64,000 bases of DNA, taken from the NCBI GenBank assembly GCA_050633245.1, contig JBOEGD010000022.1, positions 32,001 to 96,000 of the forward strand, in the 5' to 3' direction. Positions 48,655 through 58,333 of this stretch are shown in pieces (the first letter of the stretch is position 1; every line of letters begins with the position of its first letter). The translations under genes were made by a program, and so were the position numbers. The notes beneath the pieces were generated by a model that saw only the letters and a list, made by a program, of their open reading frames with translations, was not told the DNA's origin and searched no databases. The DNA comes from Calditrichia bacterium. GTDB lineage: Bacteria; Calditrichota; Calditrichia; RBG-13-44-9; J075.

Positions 48655-50009
48655 TGAAAAACTTTTATCAAAATCTGAATATGAACGTGTTGATCAGCGT
48701 CTATTTTACGAATCCGGAAAAGAGGCTGACGTTGAAGAAAGGCGACTGCCTGATGCGCCAGGGAGGAAAGAATAATCGACTCTATCTGGTTCTGGAGGGA
48801 GAATTATCCGGGCAGGTGAAGGGGCCTGAAGACAGCTCATTGGAATTGTTTCGCGTGGCGCCGGGTATGTTTGCCGGGGTTCACAGCTTTTTTTCACGAT
48901 CCTATATAAGCAGCACCACTATTACAGCCTTGAAAAACAGTCTTGTTGCTTATATCGATCAACATCAACAAGCCTACGAGAGTGAGCAGAGTGAAAGCCT
49001 TTTCGAGCAGTTCATGCCGGTAGTTGTAGGTGACCTTGCCTATCGGCAGCAGCTTGCGCACAAAATGTCTGTTGAAAAGCAGCAGGCGTTGAAACAGGTG
49101 ATCGAGTCAGAAAAGTTAGCATCGCTTGGGCAAATGGCCGCTGGAATTGCCCATGAGTTGAATAATGCAGCTGCCGTTTTACAGCGAAATACCCACTGGT
49201 TGTCTGAACAGCTTGCGGGCATGTTTTCGCAGGATCACCCGCGGGTGTACCCGTTTTACGAGAGCGGCAGAAGCAAAGGTCGAAGTCTTTCGACACGAGA
49301 GATACGCCACCGCCGTAAGGAGCTGCAAAAACGCTATCGCCTCTCCGATGATGTCTACCGAATTGTATCGGAGACTGAGGTCCCGGATAGTATGCTGCCG
49401 GAATCGGAGGCAGATCTGGCCGAAAATGCGGTTAATATGAACAGATTCTGGGAAATCGGCGCAACACTTCATGGGATGCAGCTTGCTGCTGATCATGCTG
49501 CTCATGTTGCACGTTCGGTAAAAACGCTGGGTGCGCCCAGCTCGGCACGGCAACCCGATCAAGATGTCCCCGAAACAATTCGACAGGCTCTTACATTATT
49601 GCATCACCCATTGCGGCAGGTCAGCGTTTCCACTCACCTTGCACCGGTCCCCGGCATTACGGCAAATAAGGGGGAGTTAGTGCAAATCTGGGTCAACTTA
49701 ATCCGAAATGCCTGTGAAAGCTTGAAGCAGAGCCGTGCAGAAACCCGGCAAATCGATATTTTAGTTGAAGCGAGTCGAACGTTTTTGACAGTGAGAATTC
49801 AGGATAACGGTCCCGGTATAGCCCCCGAGCTATTGCCGACTATCTTTCAACCCAATGTAACGACCAAGGTCGATGGATTGTCCTTTGGTCTGGGTCTGGG
49901 TTTAAGTATTGTGCAGCGTCTGGTTGAGAGCTATGGTGGATCGATTACCGCGGAAAGTTCTAAAACACACACTGTATTTCAAGTAAGGTTTCCTTTGAAG
50001 GTGATTTAA
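48654..50009 (+). CDS. Cytoplasmic histidine kinase with N-terminal cNMP-binding domain
   Basis: LKKGD.LMRQG...LYLVLEG; AGIAHELNN, NLIRNA, DNGPGI and GLGLGLSI motifs; TAATG overlap with the transporter gene. Confidence 0.92.
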   Translation: MKNFYQNLNMNVLISVYFTNPEKRLTLKKGDCLMRQGGKNNRLYLVLEGELSGQVKGPEDSSLELFRVAPGMFAGVHSFFSRSYISSTTITALKNSLVAYIDQHQQAYESEQSESLFEQFMPVVVGDLAYRQQLAHKMSVEKQQALKQVIESEKLASLGQMAAGIAHELNNAAAVLQRNTHWLSEQLAGMFSQDHPRVYPFYESGRSKGRSLSTREIRHRRKELQKRYRLSDDVYRIVSETEVPDSMLPESEADLAENAVNMNRFWEIGATLHGMQLAADHAAHVARSVKTLGAPSSARQPDQDVPETIRQALTLLHHPLRQVSVSTHLAPVPGITANKGELVQIWVNLIRNACESLKQSRAETRQIDILVEASRTFLTVRIQDNGPGIAPELLPTIFQPNVTTKVDGLSFGLGLGLSIVQRLVESYGGSITAESSKTHTVFQVRFPLKVI

Positions 50010-50019
50010 AAAGCGAGGT

Positions 50020-50508
50020 ATGCAGATGGAAAAACCTGAAATTATTTGCATTGATGATCAGCGTGAGATTTTGGCGGCATTAGCAAAGGACCTCGAACCG
50101 CTGAGATCGCATTTTTCCCTCACATTCTGCGAGTCTGCGAATGAGGCAGAAGAGGTTATTGATGAGTTTGATGCTGAAGGAAAGCCCATTGCGCTAATCC
50201 TTTGTGATCATGTTATGCCCGGAAAGAACGGCGTGGATTTTATGATTGACTTAAATAAGCAAGCTCGATTTTCAACGCTAAAAAAGATTCTTCTAACTGG
50301 TCAGGCGACACATCGTGACACGATAGTCGCAATAAACGAAGCGGCAATCGACCGCTATATTGAAAAGCCCTGGAAGCAAGATGATCTATTGAAAGCGATC
50401 CGTGTTCTGATAACGGAATTTCTATTCCATTCCGGGAATGTTTATCAGACTTACATTGAACAGCTCGATCAGCAGACCCTTTATCGGTTGTTGCGCAAAA
50501 ATTCCTGA
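50020..50508 (+). CDS. Single-domain response regulator
   Basis: ICIDD, CDHVMPG, LTG and EKPW motifs. Confidence 0.93.
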   Translation: MQMEKPEIICIDDQREILAALAKDLEPLRSHFSLTFCESANEAEEVIDEFDAEGKPIALILCDHVMPGKNGVDFMIDLNKQARFSTLKKILLTGQATHRDTIVAINEAAIDRYIEKPWKQDDLLKAIRVLITEFLFHSGNVYQTYIEQLDQQTLYRLLRKNS

Positions 50509-50628
50509 TTGAATAAACCCGGTATCTGAACAGGAAAAACAATCACCTTGGAAAGAAATCGGGGATTCGATATATTTTGCTTCCTTAGTGCCGTATTCAA
50601 AAACATCTGTTTAGTGGAGACATATAAT

Positions 50629-53600
50629 ATGGGACGTTTGTCCATCCTGCTTTTGCTATTGCCTTTTTGGGCCGTGGCTCAAGATCACCTGCTTATTTCT
50701 GAAGTTGTTGTCACACCGACTATCGGTGAATATGTCGAGATCCATAATCCGACTGCTTCCGCCATTGATTTGACGGATTATTATCTTACCGACGCAACGT
50801 TCGCAACCAACTCAGCTTATTACTACAACATTGTGACTGGTGCTGATGCCGGTGGTGGAACGTTTGGCGACTGGCTGGCTCGTTTTCCTGCCGGTGCATC
50901 CATACCCGCTGGTGCTTATCAGACGATTGCAATGAATGGGGCTGATTTTCAGACGGCCTATGGACAATCTCCTACCTACGAATTGTTTGATGTCTCTTCA
51001 GCAGCTGATATGCTTGAAGGTTTACCGGGTTCGGTAAATAGTCAGGGTGGGTTGACCAATAGCGGTGAAGTCGCGATACTTTTTCAGTGGGATGGCGTTA
51101 GTGATCTGGTTGCTGATGTCGACTATGTCGTTTGGGGAGATAAAGTTGAGGGTGTCGACAAAACGGGTGTTTCTATTGACGGCCCGGATGCCGATTCCGA
51201 TGTTTCAACGTATCTAGATGATGTTTCCATTGCCAATCAAATTGCAACCTCTGGTGGTCAGCCGCATAACGATGGTGAGTCTATTCAGCGTTTTGCAGCG
51301 ACAGAAACTGACGAAATTACATCCGGTGGAAACGGAATTACCGGTAACAATGAGATGAGCGAGAATCTTGGTTCCTCCTTTATAACCGCGGTAGTAACAC
51401 CTAATGCCGGGCCGCCTGCTTCAGATGCTCCGCAGATTAACAATGTGATGCGCAGTCCGGCTAATCCCAGCACCGAAGATGTCGTCACAATTACTGCTAC
51501 GGTTACCGATGATGTGAGTCTTGTCAGCACCCGACTATTTACTTCTATTGCCGGTGCGGCTTTTGACAGCACCGATATGGCGAACACCAGTGGCGATGAA
51601 TTCAGCGCAATGATTCCGATTCAAGCCGAAGGCGTAGAAGTTCAGTATTTTATAAAAGCACGAGATGGTGATAATCTTACTTCTTTGTCTGCAACAACCG
51701 CCTATACCGTTATCGCACCACTACAGGTGGTGCCGATTGCCGACATTCAGGCCAACCCTGGCAATTTTACCACTGTTCTTGTTGAAGCTATTGTTACTGT
51801 TGGTGCCGGGCGATTGATAACAACTCGAACGGATACCTATGTTCAGGATGCCTCCGGCCGTGGTATTAACGTATTCAGTTTTGATGAGCCAACCGTTCCA
51901 CCGAATGATTTGCTGGTGCGTGGGAATGCGGTACGCGTTACCGGAACGGTGGAAGAGTTCAACGGTATTACCGAGATTACCAACTATACGATTGAAGTAA
52001 CCTCTACCGGGAATGCAGTTCCGGACGCGCTGGTGCTTACTACTCAGGCAGCAGGGAACACCGCTCTTGAAGGAACACTGATTGAAACATCCGGATCAAT
52101 AACCGATATTTCTGCGTTTGCCGATGCTGCAAACATTACTATCGATGATGGCAGCGGCAGTGTAACGGTACGCGTTTGGGCAACAACCGGCATTGATGTA
52201 ACAGGCTTGGCTGTGAATGATGAAATTACCGTTCGCGCAGTCATGGATTTATTTAACGATACGGCGCAGTTGGTGCCCGCATATAATGATGACCTGCAGG
52301 TTGCCGGACAGAATCCCGGCGATGGCAGCGGTAGCGCTTCTATAACACCGGATAGTGTTGCTACGTCAGAAGCGACCTCAGCAATGGTTAGCATTAATGG
52401 TGAAGGAATGTTTTCGTTGGAAAGCGTTTCCGTACGCGTTCCGCAGAGTTGGAGCTGGACCAATAGCGTCGGAGATGTCCAGCTTGCTGGCAGTGGGTTT
52501 TCCGGTGCAACAGTTGACGTGCTTGGCAGTGTGATTAGCATTAGCGGAGCATCGGTGACAGATCTTTCTGCCGGGACGATTACGATTAATAGTTTAACTG
52601 CACCTGCAACAGACGAGACGTCTGAATTTCAGGTTCGCACCGCGACTGCAGGGGGTACGCTAATTTCAATATCAGCTTCTCCCAAAATAATCGTTGGTGC
52701 CGGTGGCTTACCGTCTACGCCAATTGCCGATATTCAGGCAAACCCGAGTGGTTTTTCAACAGTGACAATTCAGGGTGTGGTTACTCAGGGCGCCGGTGTA
52801 ACGATCGGAACACGAACCGATGCTTATGTTCAGGACGCCTCAGGACGTGGTATTAACGTGTTTAGCTTTGATGAGCCGACAATTCCGCCAAATGACTTGT
52901 TGGTACGAGGAAATGTCCTTCGACTTACCGGAACGATCGAAGAATTTAATGGCGTTACTGAGTTGACAAATTATTCTGCCGAATTAGTTTCCACCGGTAA
53001 TCCAATTGTAGATCCTCTGGTGATTTCGACGCAAATTGCCGGTGATGTTACACTGGAAGGAACCTACGTTCAGGTCACCGGAATTGTGAACGATATTGTC
53101 CCTGGTTTGGGTGGCGGAACCAATATTGACCTGAATGACGGCAGCGGAGAAGTAACCATCCGCGTTTGGGATGCGACCAATATTAATCTGGCATTTATCT
53201 CACAAGATGATACTATCACCGTCCGCGGTGTGATCGACATCTTCGATAACGATACGCAGGTATCGCCTGGCTATCAGGATGAAATTACAATTTTTGGAAG
53301 TGGCTCTGCGGGTGACGGTAGCGGTTTCGCATCGATCTCTCCAGACACAGCAAGTATTGATGCTGCTCTTGATGTTACCCTGAAGATTTGGGGCAATTTG
53401 TCCGATACGCTTGAAACGGCGAAGATCACTGTGCCGTACAATTGGGCATGGAGTGGGCAGGAAAGTGCGGTAACGGTTACTGGTAGTGGTGCTGCCGGTG
53501 CTTCTGTTCAAATTCTTCGCGAATTCGATGAGCTGTTTGTTGAAATCTCCGGAGCAGCTATTACCGGACAAGATACAGCTTATGTCGCGATCTCCGGGCT

Positions 53601-54648
53601 TACCGCCCCAGATCTATCTGTTTACTCGTATTTTTGGATTCGTACTGCGTCAGCCGGTGGAACCCCTTTCTTTATTGCAGAAAGTCCTCGCATTCAAGTT
53701 GGCAATGAACCGATTCATCAAATGCGCGATATTCAAACCTACTCCGCTCAGTTTACGGGGGACGTTACCTTGCGTGGTGTTGTCACTATTGCCGATAACG
53801 TCATCCGAACAGATCGCACTTCAGCATATTTTCAAGACTTTTCCGGCTTTGGAATTAATATTAACGATGGTCAGGCACCGGGTGGACGTTTTCCGCGTGG
53901 TGCTGGAATTGAGATAACGGGTGGTATTTCTGTCTTTGGAGAAACGACACAGATTGCACCGAGCACGGTTACGAGTATTACCGGACTTCCTGATATTACA
54001 CCTATTTCGCTTTCATCTGGCGATGCTGCAAGTCCACGTTATGATGGAACGCTTATTGAAGTCTCCGGTGTGGTAGTTGATAAGTTTACGACCTCGAGTA
54101 TTCCGCCACTGGATTTTAACGTTGTGTTGAATGATGGAACCGGTGAGTTGACGGCACGAATTTGGTCTACTACCGGAATTAATCTGGATTCAATAAACGT
54201 CAATGATGCAGCAATTATCAGCGGTATTGGCGATGTGTTTGTCAATAATAGCGGCGTGCGTAGCTATCAGGTGGTGCCGGGATATCAGGATCAACTGGCA
54301 CTCGATCCGAACTTTCAGCCGACATTGGCTGGAGTTAGCCTTAGCACGCCACCAAATCCATTTGTACCGACCCTTGGTGAAACGATCGACATTTCCTATA
54401 ATGCCGGATCTGTTGCAAACCGAACTGTGGTGCGAATTTTTGACCTGGGTGGACGATTAGTAACAACGCTTCTCGACGAAGAGGCCTCTCTGATTCAGAA
54501 TGTTTTGGAATGGGATGGTCGGGATCGCTTTTTTAATCGCGTGCCGCTTGGTGCCTACATTTGTCATCTGGAAGTCGTTGAGCCGGTAACCGGTAAAAAA
54601 GAGCAGCGTACTGCCCCGATTGTTGTTGGTACAGTGCTGAGTCGTTAG
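50629..54648 (+). CDS. Large secreted protein: lamin-tail domain, Ig-like domains, three tandem double-OB-fold modules, FlgD/T9SS type B-like CTD
   Basis: LLISEV...EYVEIHNPT..AIDLTDYYL (LTD); repeated PIADIQ...YVQDASGRGINVF...GTVEEFNG.TE and EGT...DDGSG.VTVRVW; CTD PNPFVP...RIFDLGGRLV...WDGRD...GAY. GGAG RBS. Confidence 0.82.
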   Translation: MGRLSILLLLLPFWAVAQDHLLISEVVVTPTIGEYVEIHNPTASAIDLTDYYLTDATFATNSAYYYNIVTGADAGGGTFGDWLARFPAGASIPAGAYQTIAMNGADFQTAYGQSPTYELFDVSSAADMLEGLPGSVNSQGGLTNSGEVAILFQWDGVSDLVADVDYVVWGDKVEGVDKTGVSIDGPDADSDVSTYLDDVSIANQIATSGGQPHNDGESIQRFAATETDEITSGGNGITGNNEMSENLGSSFITAVVTPNAGPPASDAPQINNVMRSPANPSTEDVVTITATVTDDVSLVSTRLFTSIAGAAFDSTDMANTSGDEFSAMIPIQAEGVEVQYFIKARDGDNLTSLSATTAYTVIAPLQVVPIADIQANPGNFTTVLVEAIVTVGAGRLITTRTDTYVQDASGRGINVFSFDEPTVPPNDLLVRGNAVRVTGTVEEFNGITEITNYTIEVTSTGNAVPDALVLTTQAAGNTALEGTLIETSGSITDISAFADAANITIDDGSGSVTVRVWATTGIDVTGLAVNDEITVRAVMDLFNDTAQLVPAYNDDLQVAGQNPGDGSGSASITPDSVATSEATSAMVSINGEGMFSLESVSVRVPQSWSWTNSVGDVQLAGSGFSGATVDVLGSVISISGASVTDLSAGTITINSLTAPATDETSEFQVRTATAGGTLISISASPKIIVGAGGLPSTPIADIQANPSGFSTVTIQGVVTQGAGVTIGTRTDAYVQDASGRGINVFSFDEPTIPPNDLLVRGNVLRLTGTIEEFNGVTELTNYSAELVSTGNPIVDPLVISTQIAGDVTLEGTYVQVTGIVNDIVPGLGGGTNIDLNDGSGEVTIRVWDATNINLAFISQDDTITVRGVIDIFDNDTQVSPGYQDEITIFGSGSAGDGSGFASISPDTASIDAALDVTLKIWGNLSDTLETAKITVPYNWAWSGQESAVTVTGSGAAGASVQILREFDELFVEISGAAITGQDTAYVAISGLTAPDLSVYSYFWIRTASAGGTPFFIAESPRIQVGNEPIHQMRDIQTYSAQFTGDVTLRGVVTIADNVIRTDRTSAYFQDFSGFGININDGQAPGGRFPRGAGIEITGGISVFGETTQIAPSTVTSITGLPDITPISLSSGDAASPRYDGTLIEVSGVVVDKFTTSSIPPLDFNVVLNDGTGELTARIWSTTGINLDSINVNDAAIISGIGDVFVNNSGVRSYQVVPGYQDQLALDPNFQPTLAGVSLSTPPNPFVPTLGETIDISYNAGSVANRTVVRIFDLGGRLVTTLLDEEASLIQNVLEWDGRDRFFNRVPLGAYICHLEVVEPVTGKKEQRTAPIVVGTVLSR

Positions 54649-54759
54649 AAGCTAGAGGTAAGAGGCAAGACGTGACCCCGCGTCAGGCTGAGCGAAGGCG
54701 AAGCCAGAGCGACGAAAAAAGAAAATATCTGTTAACGATCTATAAAAGGACGAAAGTCG

Positions 54760-55656
54760 ATGAAAAAAGCCGAAACCACTTATTTGCGGAGAATCCTATT
54801 AAGCTGCAGCATTTTGCTGATGCTTTCTCTGCAGATCCAGGCTGGACTATTTGATGACCGCTACCCAAGCGCCCGCGCGATGGGAATGGGCGGATCGGGT
54901 GTTGCAGATGCTCATGGTGTCTGGTCTGCCTACTACAACCCTGCCAGTCTTAGTCGTCAGGATAACCTTCAGCTTGGTAGCGCCTATACGCGTCCATTCA
55001 ATCAGAAGTTCTTTCGCAACTTCTTTGGTGGTGGTGCAGCTGCAATCAACCCTCGATTTGGTGGCGTTGCCGTAGCTTTCGAATACTTCGGTGTTGATAA
55101 TCAGAGTCAAAACCTGTCCGGCGAATATACTTTGGCGCTGTCCCACGGCTTTCATCTCTTAAAGGATGTGCACAGCTCTCTATCGTTTGGCTATTCGTTG
55201 AAAGGTTACCATTACTCCCTGGGAACGTCGGTTGATGGCCTTGAGTTGGGAAGCACGACAACGTTGGGTGTCGATATGGGATTCCAGGCTTCGATCTTTG
55301 GGCGCACGCATATTGGTGTTTATTTGCTGAACATGAACTCACCACAAATCGGTGAAGGCAGCAAAGAAGAATTACCGCAGCGCTTGATGGCAGGCATTTC
55401 CTACAAGCCGTATGATGGTGTTACAACCAGCCTGGATTTTAATCGACAGCTACAGTCTAACGACACGGAAGTTTGGGCAGGAGCAGAATTTCGCGTTTTC
55501 GACTATGTGTTGCTTCGCTTTGGCGGCACAAGTAACCCGAACCGCTTCTCAGCAGGAGTTGGACTCGATCTCCAGCAAATTTCAATTGATTACGGTATGC
55601 GAACGCATAGTGATCTTGGTGAAACGCATCTTATCGGATTAAGCTACGATTTCTAA
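54760..55656 (+). CDS. PorV/PorQ-like outer-membrane beta-barrel
   Basis: Signal peptide; SARAMGMGG and YYNPASL motifs; HSDLGETHLIGLSYDF C-terminus. Confidence 0.8.
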   Translation: MKKAETTYLRRILLSCSILLMLSLQIQAGLFDDRYPSARAMGMGGSGVADAHGVWSAYYNPASLSRQDNLQLGSAYTRPFNQKFFRNFFGGGAAAINPRFGGVAVAFEYFGVDNQSQNLSGEYTLALSHGFHLLKDVHSSLSFGYSLKGYHYSLGTSVDGLELGSTTTLGVDMGFQASIFGRTHIGVYLLNMNSPQIGEGSKEELPQRLMAGISYKPYDGVTTSLDFNRQLQSNDTEVWAGAEFRVFDYVLLRFGGTSNPNRFSAGVGLDLQQISIDYGMRTHSDLGETHLIGLSYDF

Positions 55657-55671
55657 AAAACCAATCGGACA

Positions 55672-58317
55672 ATGACCGAAATGAGTAAATTGAGACAAAA
55701 AAATATGAGTATCGCCCGGCAAAACGATCGCTTTGGTTTTATGCGTTCTCTGATTTGTGTGCTGCTGTGTGCCTTTTGCATAACCTCGCTTTATGCGCAG
55801 TCGGATTCTTATTCATCCGAAAATCAGCTCGACATCAACAATGCGACCTACGAGGAGATTGTAAAGCTGCCCGTGTCTCTGGCTATTGCCGAACGACTAT
55901 ATGAACGCATTCAGCGTAGCGGGCCGTTTACAAGTATCTTTGAGCTGCGTGAAATAGAAGGTATTAGTCAACGCGTTCTTTTGCGATTGAAACCGCTTGT
56001 TCGCATTGAGCCTTATGTCGCGCAAACCGAGCGAGAAAGTCGTATCGAAAACCTTTATGTAAAGCTGGATCGTTGGAGTGGCCGTGAAGGCACCAATCAG
56101 GCACTGGTAGACTCCTGGATTGAACAGGCACTTGAACCGGTAGATGTAAATACGATTAGCTTTGGTGAGCTACTGAATCTGCAGGGAGTTTCACCCGTAG
56201 ATGCCGCTGCAATTATCAATTATCGCAATGAAGTGGGTAAAATATCCAGTGCTCGCGATATGCGTAGTATTCCATACCTATCCTACTTTGGCTATCGCAA
56301 TGCCCGCGACTTCCTAAGCTTTAGCGAAAATCAGAAGAAGCGTGAGTTTCACGGTTCAATTCGCTTCCGGTCTACAAATACACCGTTCTTTAGCGAAGAA
56401 GCCGAAGCCGGTGAAGATCTGGATTTACCTGCCGGTCAGGCAAACGATTATCCCGATTATTACACTCGCTTTGTTGGTAATATTGGCTCTGATATCAAAA
56501 TTGGCTATTCATTCTGGCATGCGTTGGAAGAACCGGTTCTTAGCTACGACATCGCTGGTCTGGAAATTCCGCGTGCCAAATGGTATGTAGGTCTAGAAGA
56601 CAAGAGCTGGGGTGCACTAAAGCTCAAGAAATTTTATGTTGGAAACTACTCGCTGGCATTTGGCGAAGGAATCGTTATGGAAAACACCGATTTCTTTACA
56701 CCGCGTAAGACCGGCTTTGGCTTTCGTAAGCGTTTTATCGGCTTGTCTGGCGATAATTCCCGTACGCGTCAGTATAAACTGACCGGCGCAGCAGCACAGT
56801 TTGGAATCGGCAAAGCTCACTTGTATCTCTTTGGCTCCTTCGATCAACGCGATGCCATTCTTGGCCGCGAGCCGATTCTTGTCGGTGCTGAGGGCGAAGA
56901 AGAACTAATCAATCCGGTGAGCCATTTAATTGTGCTCGATCAGCGTTTCGAATATGCCCCTGATGACTCTGCCCGCATCCGCGCCGAGCTGCCGTGGCGA
57001 GATTCCGTGAAGGAATTGACCTATGGTTTTCACACTGCTTATGACATTCTGCCAACGACGCAGCTTGGCTTTACCTACTATGAGAGCGCTTACGACCGTC
57101 CGTTAAGACCGCCAACCACCGCCGAAGAAAGTGCCGACATTGTACTGCCTGCTGAAACACGCCAGATTGATTTCCCCGATAATGAAATCTTTAACTCTTA
57201 CGGCGGCCGCGTCTCTGATGGAGAGAATCCGTTCTGGAGTGAAGCAAAAGCTTTCCGTCGCGTCTATGGACTTGATTTCCGCTCGGTTTATGAGAATGTC
57301 TCTTTTCAAGCCGAATATGGAGAGCTTGATACCGGTGAAGGGCTTTCTCTTTTTGGAGCCAGTGGAGACAATCCCTGGGCCTTTACCGCCAGTGCCTATG
57401 TGCAGTACAATAATTTTAACTTCATGGGGCTGTATCGCAATTATCAGATAGGCTTCGACAATCCCTATCAGCGATCGTTCTCCAACTATCGCCGCTTTAA
57501 ACGCGGGGTATATGAAGACTATTTCTACCTGCAGTCCGGCCTGTATGGCCAGTTGTATTCAAACAATCCGCAGCCACAGGCCGAAGAAGGATTCTATTTT
57601 CTCACTCGCTATCAGGTGAACCGCAAAACCACACTGACTGTTGAATACGATAACTGGTTGCGCAATGCCGATGATGTGCCACAGTATCGCCTTCGTGGCA
57701 CTCTGCAATTCCGACCGATTTTCCCGATAGATATTTCGTTACGTCAGAAGTATCAGGGACGCGAAGTACAGAACAATCAAAGCATTGAATATTTTGAAAA
57801 TCTGGAGTTTCGCGGCCGGGTGCGCTTTCGCCTGTCCCGCTTTAATAGTCTGAGCATTGACTATGGAAGTAATGCTGTAAAATTCCGCCCACGTCCGCGC
57901 CTGTTTTTTGGTACGGAGCCGGGATCAGAAACCGGACAGGATAACCTGGCTGGAAATGCCGCTATTGACGGTGAATTTCTCGGTGGAAACTATACACACA
58001 ATTTTAATGAATGGCTGAAAGTTAGTGGTGGACTCGTCTACTATCGCGGCTTTTACTGGACCTTTGAAGATACCCAATTCCTGGTGCTCGACAGCGATCG
58101 CGGTGCCATGCGATATTGGACCTCCTTCTATTCGCGTATCAGTAACCAGCTAAGCATGCGTTTAAAGTATTCACGTGATCGTCAGGCCGTTGGAACGTTT
58201 GCACAAACACGCGAGACGAATAATGATCCGGTTATTGAACCCGGCGTTGCCACAGAAGCCGACTACATTCAGGGTAAACAAGATGTCTTTTATCTCGAGC
58301 TTAATTACAATTTCTAA
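55672..58317 (+). CDS. ComEA-like helix-hairpin-helix domains fused to an outer-membrane beta-barrel
   Basis: Two HhH blocks (LDINNATYEE...GPFTSIFELREIEGIS and VDVNT.SFGELLNLQGVS...IINYRN..GKI); aromatic-rich barrel ending LNYNF. Start may be 55741. Confidence 0.82.
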   Translation: MTEMSKLRQKNMSIARQNDRFGFMRSLICVLLCAFCITSLYAQSDSYSSENQLDINNATYEEIVKLPVSLAIAERLYERIQRSGPFTSIFELREIEGISQRVLLRLKPLVRIEPYVAQTERESRIENLYVKLDRWSGREGTNQALVDSWIEQALEPVDVNTISFGELLNLQGVSPVDAAAIINYRNEVGKISSARDMRSIPYLSYFGYRNARDFLSFSENQKKREFHGSIRFRSTNTPFFSEEAEAGEDLDLPAGQANDYPDYYTRFVGNIGSDIKIGYSFWHALEEPVLSYDIAGLEIPRAKWYVGLEDKSWGALKLKKFYVGNYSLAFGEGIVMENTDFFTPRKTGFGFRKRFIGLSGDNSRTRQYKLTGAAAQFGIGKAHLYLFGSFDQRDAILGREPILVGAEGEEELINPVSHLIVLDQRFEYAPDDSARIRAELPWRDSVKELTYGFHTAYDILPTTQLGFTYYESAYDRPLRPPTTAEESADIVLPAETRQIDFPDNEIFNSYGGRVSDGENPFWSEAKAFRRVYGLDFRSVYENVSFQAEYGELDTGEGLSLFGASGDNPWAFTASAYVQYNNFNFMGLYRNYQIGFDNPYQRSFSNYRRFKRGVYEDYFYLQSGLYGQLYSNNPQPQAEEGFYFLTRYQVNRKTTLTVEYDNWLRNADDVPQYRLRGTLQFRPIFPIDISLRQKYQGREVQNNQSIEYFENLEFRGRVRFRLSRFNSLSIDYGSNAVKFRPRPRLFFGTEPGSETGQDNLAGNAAIDGEFLGGNYTHNFNEWLKVSGGLVYYRGFYWTFEDTQFLVLDSDRGAMRYWTSFYSRISNQLSMRLKYSRDRQAVGTFAQTRETNNDPVIEPGVATEADYIQGKQDVFYLELNYNF

Positions 58318-58333
58318 TCAGGAGACGGCTACT

